This document shows positions 35,638-44,048 of a stretch of 64,000 nucleotides of DNA, piece after piece (position 1 is the first letter of the stretch; the number at the start of each line of letters is the position of its first letter). The DNA lies in the NCBI GenBank assembly GCA_035504945.1, contig DATJRH010000047.1:2157-66156 (forward strand), in the 5' to 3' direction. The position numbers and the translations under genes are program-made. Under the pieces are notes generated by a model, which did not search any database, was not told where the DNA came from, and saw only the letters and a list, made by a program, of their open reading frames with translations. This stretch comes from Candidatus Aquilonibacter sp. (GTDB lineage: Bacteria; Verrucomicrobiota; Verrucomicrobiia; Limisphaerales; UBA11358).

Positions 35638-37122
35638 ATGGGTAAACCAACCGGATTTTTAGAAATCAACCGTGAACTGCCGAAAGACCGTTCGCCGCTC
35701 GGCCGCGTCGCCGACTGGAAAGAATTCCACGAACACATGCCGGAAGCCGACCTGCGCAAGCAGGGCGCGCGTTGCATGGATTGCGGCATTCCTTTTTGCC
35801 ACACCGGCCAGCTCGTCAGCGGCATGGCCAGTGGTTGCCCAATTCACAATCTCATTCCCGAATGGAACGATTTGGTTTATCGCGGCCTCTGGAAAGAAGC
35901 GCTCGAACGGCTGCACAAGACGAATAATTTTCCGGAATTCACCGGGCGTGTCTGTCCGGCGCCGTGCGAAGGCTCGTGCGTGCTGGGCATCAATGCGCCG
36001 CCCGTCACAATTAAAAATATCGAGTGCAGCATCATTGATCACGGCTGGGAAAACGGCTGGGTCAAACCCGAACCGCCGAAAAAACGCACCGGCAAAAAAA
36101 TCGCCGTCGTCGGCAGCGGTCCGGCGGGATTGAGCGCCGCCGCGCAGTTGAACAAAGCCGGCCATCTCGTCACCGTGTTTGAGCGCGCCGACCGACCGGG
36201 TGGTTTGTTGATGTATGGCATTCCGAATCCGAAGCTGGATAAAAACGAAGTCGTGATGCGCCGCATCAAGCAACTTGAGGCCGAAGGAATTCAATTTATT
36301 TGCAACGCTGAAGTCGGCGGGAATTATCCGGCGGACAAATTGTTGAAGGAATTTGACGCCGTGATTTTGGCGACCGGCGCGACCAAGCCGCGAGATTTAC
36401 CGATTCCCGGACGCGAATTGAAAGGCATCCATTTCGCGATGGAATTTCTCACCGCCAACACCAAGGCTATGCTCGACGGCCACAAGAATGGCAGTTTCAT
36501 TGACGCCACTGGCAAGGACGTCATCGTCATCGGCGGCGGCGACACTGGAACCGATTGCGTTGCCACCTCGATGCGGCACGGCTGCAAATCGCTCGTGCAG
36601 GTGGAAATTTTGCCGAAGCCGCCGCTCGAACGTGCCAAGGACAACCCGTGGCCGGAATGGCCAAAGACTTACAAGCTCGATTACGGCCAGGAAGAAGCCG
36701 CCGCAAAATTCGGTGCCGACCCGCGCATTTATCTGACCACCGCGACAAAGTTCGACACCGATGACCACGGCCACGTCAAATCCATTCACACCGTCGAAGT
36801 GCAATGGGAACGGAACGACAAAGGCCAGTTCATTCCGAAGCACGTTCCCGGCACTGAAAAAGTTCTGCCCGCGCAATTGGTTCTGCTCGCGATGGGATTT
36901 CTCGGGCCGGAACAGCCCTTGCTCGACGCGCTCGGCATCGAACGCGACGCGCGCTCAAATGCGAAAGCTGATTTTGAAAAATACACGACGAACCATCCGA
37001 AAATTTTCGCCTGTGGCGATTGCCGTCGCGGCCAGAGCCTCGTCGTGTGGGCGTTCAACGAAGGCCGTGGCGCGGCGCGCGAGTGCGATCGCTTTTTGAT
37101 TGGCGCGACTGATTTGCCGTAA
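35638..37122 (+). CDS. gltD: Glutamate synthase small subunit (NADPH)
   Basis: 494 aa with Fe-S Cys clusters ([18 protein letters not shown]) and the FAD/NAD fold [12 protein letters not shown]. Confidence 0.95.
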   Translation: MGKPTGFLEINRELPKDRSPLGRVADWKEFHEHMPEADLRKQGARCMDCGIPFCHTGQLVSGMASGCPIHNLIPEWNDLVYRGLWKEALERLHKTNNFPEFTGRVCPAPCEGSCVLGINAPPVTIKNIECSIIDHGWENGWVKPEPPKKRTGKKIAVVGSGPAGLSAAAQLNKAGHLVTVFERADRPGGLLMYGIPNPKLDKNEVVMRRIKQLEAEGIQFICNAEVGGNYPADKLLKEFDAVILATGATKPRDLPIPGRELKGIHFAMEFLTANTKAMLDGHKNGSFIDATGKDVIVIGGGDTGTDCVATSMRHGCKSLVQVEILPKPPLERAKDNPWPEWPKTYKLDYGQEEAAAKFGADPRIYLTTATKFDTDDHGHVKSIHTVEVQWERNDKGQFIPKHVPGTEKVLPAQLVLLAMGFLGPEQPLLDALGIERDARSNAKADFEKYTTNHPKIFACGDCRRGQSLVVWAFNEGRGAARECDRFLIGATDLP

Positions 37123-37242
37123 TTTCCTTTTCCACTTCAAATAAGGGTTGGAATTAGACACCGGCATTCCAGCACAATCGGAGCGCGTCCGGCTTCGCCG
37201 CGCAAAAAAGCTTGTTGCGGAAGCTGGGGAGATTGAAGTTTA

Positions 37243-37785
37243 ATGAGAAATAAATCAATGGCTTGCTTCCCTAAATTAAAAATGGCAATAGGCATGGTAT
37301 GTTGCCTTGTTTTTTTAATTTCGGCTTTTCCACTGCAAGCGCAAACGTCCAGCACAACCAACTCGCCAGCTCATTTCTTTACGCACGGCAAAACATGGGC
37401 GCAAGAGTCGCCTGTGGAAAAAGTCCAATTGATTTGTGCCCTATTGCTCCTTCCGGTTTTTTTTGTCGCAGAAATTATGTTTGTTGTGGCGGGCTTCAAA
37501 ACTTCGGTCGGCTGGGGACTATTCATGCTCTTTATCGGCGGATTACGGTCAATCTTTGCAGCTCTTGTCATGGTCGGCTGGATGATTCAGTGGGCCTTGC
37601 TAACCCATCAAAACAAGCCGTTTCAAATTCCGGAATTGATTATTAGTGTCTTTGTTATTTCTGCTGGAACTGGTGCAATCGTTTTTATCATTAGTCATTG
37701 GGAACAAGCCCGCAAGCCGCTGGCTATGATGGGACTTGGTGTTTCACTGATTCTGACAATTCTTGGATTAAACTTTGTGAAGTGA
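37243..37785 (+). CDS. Hypothetical integral membrane protein (AT-richer)
   Basis: 180 aa with a signal-like N-terminus and about 4 TM segments. No motif recognised. Confidence 0.5.
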   Translation: MRNKSMACFPKLKMAIGMVCCLVFLISAFPLQAQTSSTTNSPAHFFTHGKTWAQESPVEKVQLICALLLLPVFFVAEIMFVVAGFKTSVGWGLFMLFIGGLRSIFAALVMVGWMIQWALLTHQNKPFQIPELIISVFVISAGTGAIVFIISHWEQARKPLAMMGLGVSLILTILGLNFVK

Positions 37786-37825
37786 CGGCTTTTCCCTTCC
37801 TCGCACGCGAAAATTTCTCCATGAT

Positions 37826-39385
37826 GTGCGAGTGTCAAACTTAATCGCCATCGTCGGACGGCCAAACGTCGGCAAGTCCGCGCTGTTCAATCGCATCGCC
37901 GGCAAGCGCATTGCGATTGTCCACGACCAGCCCGGCGTCACGCGCGACCGCGTCACCGCCGAGGCCGAGTGGGGCGGAAAATCTTTCACGCTCGTGGACA
38001 CCGGCGGCATCGGCCTGCTGCGCCGCGAAAAATCCGACGACGTCATCATCAAGGCCGCGCTCGAACAGGTCGAACTGGCGATTGAAGCCGCGAACACCAT
38101 TATTCTTGTCGTCAACGTGCAGGACGGAATTGTTCCGCTGGATCGTGAAGTCGCGGGGAAATTGCGTCGCAGCGGCAAGCCGGTTTTGGTTGCGGTCAAC
38201 AAGGTGGACACCGAGCGCGCGGAAAAGGGCGCGGACGAATTTTCCGCGCTCGGCTTCGAGAAAATTTTCCCCGTCAGTGCGATTCATGGCGAAGGGATTC
38301 AAAATCTGATGGATGCGGCGGTTGCCTTTTTGCCAGAATCGAGGGTCGAGAGTCGAGAATCGAAGGCGGAAATGCTTGAAGATGAGGCGCAAGCTCTCGA
38401 CCTTCGACCCCTGACCCTTGACCCGCTAGAACTCGCCATCGTAGGCCGCCCGAACGTCGGCAAATCTTCCATCATCAACGCGCTCACGAAATCAGAGCGC
38501 GTCATCGTTTCACCGATCCCCGGCACGACGCGCGACGCGATTGACGTGCCGTTTGAAGTGGAAACCGACGGCGTCCGCCAGAAATACGTCCTGATTGACA
38601 CCGCCGGCATGAGGAAGTCGCGCCGCGTGGACGATTCAATTGAATTTTTCAGCGTCCAGCGCACCGAGGATTCCATCGCGCGCAGCGACATTGTGGTTTT
38701 GGTTTTGGACGCCGAGGCCGGCATTCTGGAGCAGGACAAAAAAATCGCCGACGTGATTGTGGAAAACCGCAAGGCTTGCATCGTCGTCGTCAACAAATGG
38801 GATTTGTTCGACGAAAAAGTCCGCGAAGCCCGCGAAGAGGAAATCGCGCGACGCAATCGCAAGCAGCGGACTGAAGGGCAGGGAAAAAATTTGTCCACGC
38901 TCGCGGAATCCGGCGCGTGGGTTCAGCAAAAATTATTTTTTCTCGATTACGCGCCGGTGATTTTCACATCGGCCAAGTCCGGTTTTCATCTGGAGCGGCT
39001 GCTTGAAGCCGTCCACTACGTCGCATCGCAGTTGCGGCAAAAAATTCCGACAGGCATTTTGAACCGCACGTTGCGCGACGCGGTGGAGCGCCGCCAGCCG
39101 GTCAGCGCCGCCGGCCACCGCCTGAAATTTTTCTACGCGACCCAGGTGCGGCAGGTGCCGCCGACGTTTCTGCTGTTTGTCAACCGCGACGAATTGTTTT
39201 CCGACCAATACAAAAAGGATCTCGCGGGCGAACTGCGCAAGGCGTTCGGCTACGAAGGCTGCCCGCTGATTCTTGTGCCGAAGCCGCGCCCGAAAACAGT
39301 CGAACCGATTCGAAAATTCAGGCCGGGACAATCGCAAAAGCCGCAGCACAATCGCCGCCAACATCGCCGGAAACGTTCACACTGA
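37826..39385 (+). CDS. der: Ribosome biogenesis GTPase Der (EngA) with a linker insertion and basic C-terminal tail
   Basis: Two GTPase domains (GRPNVGKSALFN...DTGG; GRPNVGKSSIINAL...DTAG...NKWD) plus a KH-like domain. GTG start. Confidence 0.9.
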   Translation: MRVSNLIAIVGRPNVGKSALFNRIAGKRIAIVHDQPGVTRDRVTAEAEWGGKSFTLVDTGGIGLLRREKSDDVIIKAALEQVELAIEAANTIILVVNVQDGIVPLDREVAGKLRRSGKPVLVAVNKVDTERAEKGADEFSALGFEKIFPVSAIHGEGIQNLMDAAVAFLPESRVESRESKAEMLEDEAQALDLRPLTLDPLELAIVGRPNVGKSSIINALTKSERVIVSPIPGTTRDAIDVPFEVETDGVRQKYVLIDTAGMRKSRRVDDSIEFFSVQRTEDSIARSDIVVLVLDAEAGILEQDKKIADVIVENRKACIVVVNKWDLFDEKVREAREEEIARRNRKQRTEGQGKNLSTLAESGAWVQQKLFFLDYAPVIFTSAKSGFHLERLLEAVHYVASQLRQKIPTGILNRTLRDAVERRQPVSAAGHRLKFFYATQVRQVPPTFLLFVNRDELFSDQYKKDLAGELRKAFGYEGCPLILVPKPRPKTVEPIRKFRPGQSQKPQHNRRQHRRKRSH

Positions 39386-39497
39386 CGTTGTTCACAGCGG
39401 CGAATAATTCCGGTTTTTTCAATGCCCGCGCCCCGAAATCCATTGAATTCACTTGCGAATATCATTTGTGTAACTTTCTTGAAAAATTTTCTTGCAA

Positions 39498-39545
39498 CCA
39501 CAACATATTGGGTATACTCTCGCATTGTTGCCCACTAAATGGGGT
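39498..39545 (+). promoter_or_regulatory. Candidate tandem NrdR boxes (operator) overlapping a possible promoter of nrdJ
   Basis: Box 1 CCACAACATATTGGGT (39498-39513) matches 13/16 and box 2 GCCCACTAAATGGGGT (39530-39545) matches 10/16 against the consensus acaCwAtATaTwGtgt recalled from memory. Centres are 32 bp apart. TTGCAA (39492-39497) and TATACT (39513-39518) lie between and around the boxes. Confidence 0.5.
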
Positions 39546-39678
39546 TTCGCTTAAAAGTAAGCGGTTGGCGAAACCCTCAAAAGTAGGCTGAAAATCCGAT
39601 TTTCCCGACCGGGCTGCTGTTTGAGACGGTCGGGTGATTTGTCTGAAAATTGAACGCAACCGCTTTGAAAGGAATTCC

Positions 39679-42600
39679 ATGATTGACGCACGTGAAGAGG
39701 TTTCGATTCCGACGCCACACAAAAGCCGCCGGTCGGCGGTCTCGACCACGCGGCATGGCCGGGGCGGCGCGGGCGCGGCGAAACAGTCGCTGCGCGTTGA
39801 GCGCATTTTTAGCGACGCAAAGGTAAAGCCGTTCGATCAAATCGAATGGGAGTGTCGTACTGCGGAAATCACCGACGACGCCGGCAAGGTGATTTTCAAG
39901 CAGGAAAATGTCCAGGTGCCCAAGTCGTGGTCGTTGCTCGCCACAAAGGTGGTCGTTTCGAAATATTTTTACGGCGAGCAAAATACTCTCGAGCGAGAAA
40001 CGTCGGTGCGCCAGTTGATTCATCGCATTGCGCGGACGATTGCGGACTGGGGAATTGCGGACGGCTATTTCAGCAAGGCCGACGGCGAGGTTTTTTACGA
40101 GGAGCTTTCGTGGCTGTGCGTGAACCAATACGGCGCGTTCAATTCGCCGGTGTGGTTCAACGTCGGGCTATACCACCAATACGGCATCGGTAAAAAATCC
40201 GGCAAGGGCAACTGGTTTTACAACCGCAAGACCGGCCAGGCCGAACGCGCCGCGACGCAATACGAATATCCACAGGGCAGCGCGTGCTTCATCCAATCGG
40301 TCGAGGACAACATGGAGGACATCATGCGTCTTGCGTCGTCCGAAGCGATGCTCTTCAAATATGGCTCCGGCACCGGCACGGATTTGTCGCCGCTGCGTTC
40401 GAGCAAGGAGAAATTGAGCGGCGGCGGACGGCCCAGCGGCCCGTTGAGTTTCCTGAAAGTTTATGACCAGGTCGCCAACGTCGTGAAATCCGGCGGCAAG
40501 ACACGCCGTGCGGCCAAGATGAACACGCTCCGCGACTGGCACGGCGACATTGAGGAATTTATTGACGCCAAGCAAAAAGAGGAAAAGAAGGCGTGGGCCT
40601 TGATCGAACAAGGCTACGACGGTTCCTACAACGGCGATGCCTACGGCAGCGTGATGTATCAAAACGAAAATCTTTCCGTCCGCGCCAGCGACGAATTCAT
40701 GCAGGCCGCGCTCGCGGGCAAGGAATGGTGGACGCGCAGCATCACCAACGGCGGCAAGCCGCTGCAAAAAAAGGATGCGGCCAAGCTGCTTTTGAAAATC
40801 GCCGAGGGCACGCACATTTGCGGCGATCCGGGAATGCAATACGACGGCGCCATCCAGAAATGGCACACGTGCAAAGGCACCGAACCGATTCATTCCACGA
40901 ATCCGTGCAGCGAATACGTTTTTATCAACAACACGGCGTGCAATCTTGCGTCGCTGAATTTGATGAAGTTCAAGCGTGAGGACGGCAAGTTTGACGTGGA
41001 GCGTTACAAGGCCGCCGTCCGCATTTTCATCACCGCGCAGGAAATCATCGTGGACAACGCGAGTTATCCCACGAAGGACATCGCGGAAAACTCCCACATT
41101 TACCGCACGCTCGGGCTCGGCTACGCGAACCTCGGCTCGCTGTGCATGAGCTACGGTTTGCCTTACGACAGTGACGAGGGTCGTGCGCTCGCTGGCGCGC
41201 TCACGGCAATTTTGACTGGCCACGCCTACGAGCAAAGCGCGGAAATCGCGGCGAATATCGGCGCATTTCCGGGTTATCGCGATGCGCGCTGCGCCCATGT
41301 TGCCAAGCCGCTGGCGAAGGACAACGTGGATTCGATGCTCGGCGTGATTCAATTGCATCGCGACGCGGTTGAGGAAATTCATCCGAGCGAGGAATTCGGC
41401 TATTTAAAAAATGAGGCGCGCAAATGCTGGGACGGCGCGCTCGCCCGCGGCAAACAAGTTGGTTACCGCAACGCGCAAGTCACCGTGCTCGCGCCCACTG
41501 GCACAATTGCGTTTTCGATGGATTGCGACACGACGGGCATCGAACCCGACATCGCGCTCGTGAAATACAAACTGCTCGCCGGCGGCGGCATGTTGAAGAT
41601 TGTGAACCGCGGCGTGCCGGATGCGTTGCGCCGGCTCGGCTACAGCGAGGTGGAAATTAAAAAGATCATCGCGCACATCGAGAAGTTCGACACGATTGAA
41701 GATGTTATTGAAGAAAAACAAGATGTTGCTGAAAACGATTCTAAGTTTGGTTTAGAACCTAAACAAAACGGCGAAAATGGAATTATTTGTAGTGGACTGA
41801 AACCGGAGCATTTGCCGGTGTTCGATTGCGCGTTCAAGCCGCATCGCGGCAAACGCAGCATCGGTTATCTCGCGCACCTGAAAATGATGGCTGCGGCGCA
41901 GCCATTCATCAGCGGTGCGATTTCAAAAACGGTCAACATGCCCGCCGACAGCACAGTCGAGGAAATCCGCGACACTTACGTCCAGGCCTGGAAAATGGGG
42001 CTGAAGTGCGTGGCGATTTATCGCGATGGCTCGAAGCGTTCGCAGCCGCTTAACACGAAAAAAACCAACGAAGGCGGCGATAAAACTTCTTCCGCAGCTA
42101 ATCCCGCGCTTGAAAATCGCGTCAAGGAATTGGAGTCGGAAATTGCGAAGCTTCGCGGCGAGGCCGGCAAACCCCTGCGCCGCCGCCTGACCGACACGCG
42201 CACGGCCGTCACGCATAAATTCGACATCGCCGGCCACGAAGGCTATTTGACCGTCGGACTTTTTGAAGACCACCAGCCCGGCGAATTGTTTATCACGATG
42301 GCCAAGGAAGGTTCGACCATCGGCGGCCTCATGGACAGCATCGGCACGCTCACGAGCATGGCGTTGCAATACGGCGTGCCGCTGGAGGCGCTCGTCCGCA
42401 AATTCGCGCACCAGCGTTTCGAGCCGAGCGGCTTCACGAAAAACCCGGAAATCCGCAGCGCGGCCTCAATCACCGATTATGTTTTCCGCTGGATGGCGCT
42501 GCAATTCATTCCCGGTTATCGCGAAAATGTCGCCGCCGTTCGCAATCAGCCGGAACTGGCGATGCCCGGTCTGGTCGAGGAAATGAAAAAAAAAATAAAC

Positions 42601-42810
42601 CGGCCGGTGCCTGAACTGCCGATTGCGGAGGACGCCGATGTGGTTGAAATAAAAAATGGCAACGGCCACGCCCCCCGCGCCTTGACACTGACGGCTATGA
42701 TTACCAACCAGCAGGACGCGCCGACCTGTCCCAACTGTGGACACGTCGCCGTGCGCAACGGCGCGTGCTACAAATGTCTCAATTGCGGCGAGAGCTTGGG
42801 TTGTTCGTGA
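39679..42810 (+). CDS. nrdJ: Class II (adenosylcobalamin-dependent) ribonucleotide reductase
   Basis: Start chosen at MIDAREE (AAAGGA Shine-Dalgarno 7 nt upstream); the track ORF begins at 39634. Has NPCSEY (catalytic Cys), LGYANLG, and a C-terminal Zn ribbon CPNCG...CYKCLNCG. Confidence 0.9.
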   Translation: MIDAREEVSIPTPHKSRRSAVSTTRHGRGGAGAAKQSLRVERIFSDAKVKPFDQIEWECRTAEITDDAGKVIFKQENVQVPKSWSLLATKVVVSKYFYGEQNTLERETSVRQLIHRIARTIADWGIADGYFSKADGEVFYEELSWLCVNQYGAFNSPVWFNVGLYHQYGIGKKSGKGNWFYNRKTGQAERAATQYEYPQGSACFIQSVEDNMEDIMRLASSEAMLFKYGSGTGTDLSPLRSSKEKLSGGGRPSGPLSFLKVYDQVANVVKSGGKTRRAAKMNTLRDWHGDIEEFIDAKQKEEKKAWALIEQGYDGSYNGDAYGSVMYQNENLSVRASDEFMQAALAGKEWWTRSITNGGKPLQKKDAAKLLLKIAEGTHICGDPGMQYDGAIQKWHTCKGTEPIHSTNPCSEYVFINNTACNLASLNLMKFKREDGKFDVERYKAAVRIFITAQEIIVDNASYPTKDIAENSHIYRTLGLGYANLGSLCMSYGLPYDSDEGRALAGALTAILTGHAYEQSAEIAANIGAFPGYRDARCAHVAKPLAKDNVDSMLGVIQLHRDAVEEIHPSEEFGYLKNEARKCWDGALARGKQVGYRNAQVTVLAPTGTIAFSMDCDTTGIEPDIALVKYKLLAGGGMLKIVNRGVPDALRRLGYSEVEIKKIIAHIEKFDTIEDVIEEKQDVAENDSKFGLEPKQNGENGIICSGLKPEHLPVFDCAFKPHRGKRSIGYLAHLKMMAAAQPFISGAISKTVNMPADSTVEEIRDTYVQAWKMGLKCVAIYRDGSKRSQPLNTKKTNEGGDKTSSAANPALENRVKELESEIAKLRGEAGKPLRRRLTDTRTAVTHKFDIAGHEGYLTVGLFEDHQPGELFITMAKEGSTIGGLMDSIGTLTSMALQYGVPLEALVRKFAHQRFEPSGFTKNPEIRSAASITDYVFRWMALQFIPGYRENVAAVRNQPELAMPGLVEEMKKKINRPVPELPIAEDADVVEIKNGNGHAPRALTLTAMITNQQDAPTCPNCGHVAVRNGACYKCLNCGESLGCS

Positions 42811-42826
42811 AAAATCCGGGATTCGT

Positions 42827-42864
42827 AAGGCCGGAGAAAATTTTTCTCCGGCCTTTTATTTTTC
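42827..42864 (+). terminator. Rho-independent terminator of nrdJ
   Basis: Stem AAGGCCGGAGAAAA / TTTTCTCCGGCCTT followed by TTTATTTTT. Confidence 0.75.
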
Positions 42865-42888
42865 GAAACACGGCGTTAATCTTCGTCC

Positions 42889-43566
42889 ATGAGCGACTCC
42901 AATTATTTCATTCACGAAGACCCGTGGCGTATTTTCCGCATCATGGCCGAGTTTGTGGATTCCTTCCAGACGATGGCCCAGGTTGGTCCTGCCGTGACGA
43001 TTTTCGGTTCCGCGCGCGCCAAGCCGAATGACCAATACTATCGCGCCGCGCAGGCCATCGCCAAGGGGCTTGCCCAACACGATCTCGCCGTCATCACCGG
43101 CGGCGGGCCGGGCATCATGGAGGCCGCCAACAAGGGCGCGCTGCACGGCGGCGGCAAATCCGTCGGCTTGAACATTGAACTGCCCAAGGAACAATTCGCC
43201 AACCGGTTTTCCAACATCCCGATTCATTTCCATTATTTTTTCTCGCGCAAGGTTTGCTTCGTGAAATACAGCCTCGGTTTTATCTATATGCCGGGCGGTT
43301 TTGGCACGCTCGACGAATTATTCGAGGTCGCCACGCTCGTGCAGACCCAGCGCATCCCGGAATTTCCGCTCGTCCTGTTTGGACGCGAACACTGGCAGGG
43401 ATTGCTCGCCTGGATGAAATCGCGCCTGGAAAAAAACAAGTTCATCACGCACGGCGATCTCGACCTCTTCAAAATCACCGACGACGTGGGCGAAGTCGTT
43501 GAAATCATCCGAGATTACGAACGCCGCATCGGCACAAACGTGGTTACGCCGAAGGCGTTCGCTTGA
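42889..43566 (+). CDS. LOG-family (TIGR00730) nucleotide 5'-monophosphate nucleosidase / cytokinin riboside 5'-monophosphate phosphoribohydrolase-like
   Basis: 225 aa, ...ITGGGPGIMEAANKGA... and the PGGFGTLDELFE motif. Confidence 0.85.
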   Translation: MSDSNYFIHEDPWRIFRIMAEFVDSFQTMAQVGPAVTIFGSARAKPNDQYYRAAQAIAKGLAQHDLAVITGGGPGIMEAANKGALHGGGKSVGLNIELPKEQFANRFSNIPIHFHYFFSRKVCFVKYSLGFIYMPGGFGTLDELFEVATLVQTQRIPEFPLVLFGREHWQGLLAWMKSRLEKNKFITHGDLDLFKITDDVGEVVEIIRDYERRIGTNVVTPKAFA

Positions 43567-43702
43567 ACTGTTTTGGTTCAGACGATTGCAGTTCACCTTC
43601 TGCCCAAACAGCGTGTCCCTGCTTGCCGCCGCGAGGTCTGGGCCTCTTCCCCGGCACAAAATCAATTCCGCCTTCAGCTCACTAGATTAATCCCAGACTA
43701 GA

Positions 43703-43975
43703 TTAATCCCAGTGATCCTGCCCGCATCCAGGCGTTTGACGAAGAATCTCTTCCAGAACCGGACCCAAGTGAGTGGCTTGTTGCTGTATTTTCTCAATCA
43801 TCAGTTCCGGCTCCTCCTCCGCCATCCAGATGGCAGCATTCGCAATTCCCGTCTGCACTGGTCCGTTCTTACCTTTTGTGTCGTCCACAATTTGGCAGAA
43901 TGGCTTCATAACTGAACTTTTCACCAGAATGAATGAAAATGCAAGCGGCGCGAGACCCTGTTCCACCATGGGCAT
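43703..43975 (-). CDS. Small hypothetical protein (AT-richer)
   Basis: Only the distal 90 aa (MPMVEQGLAPL...EEILRQTPGCGQDHWD) of the 173-aa track ORF are kept. The upstream part overlaps the signal-peptide region of the convergently annotated GH gene. Confidence 0.3.
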   Translation of the reverse strand: MPMVEQGLAPLAFSFILVKSSVMKPFCQIVDDTKGKNGPVQTGIANAAIWMAEEEPELMIEKIQQQATHLGPVLEEILRQTPGCGQDHWD

Positions 43976-44048
43976 TTGCCGCCATTTGGCCTGAATCGCT
44001 GCAACAACGCAGACTTGCGCGAGCGAAATCTTTTCGCACACTATCGGC

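Noticed and set aside
39386-39678. A cobalamin riboswitch upstream of the B12-dependent nrdJ.
   Set aside because: No B12-box-like core (…AGYCMGGAGACCKGCC…) is visible. B12 riboswitches normally repress B12-independent isozymes, not nrdJ. The NrdR-box reading fits better.
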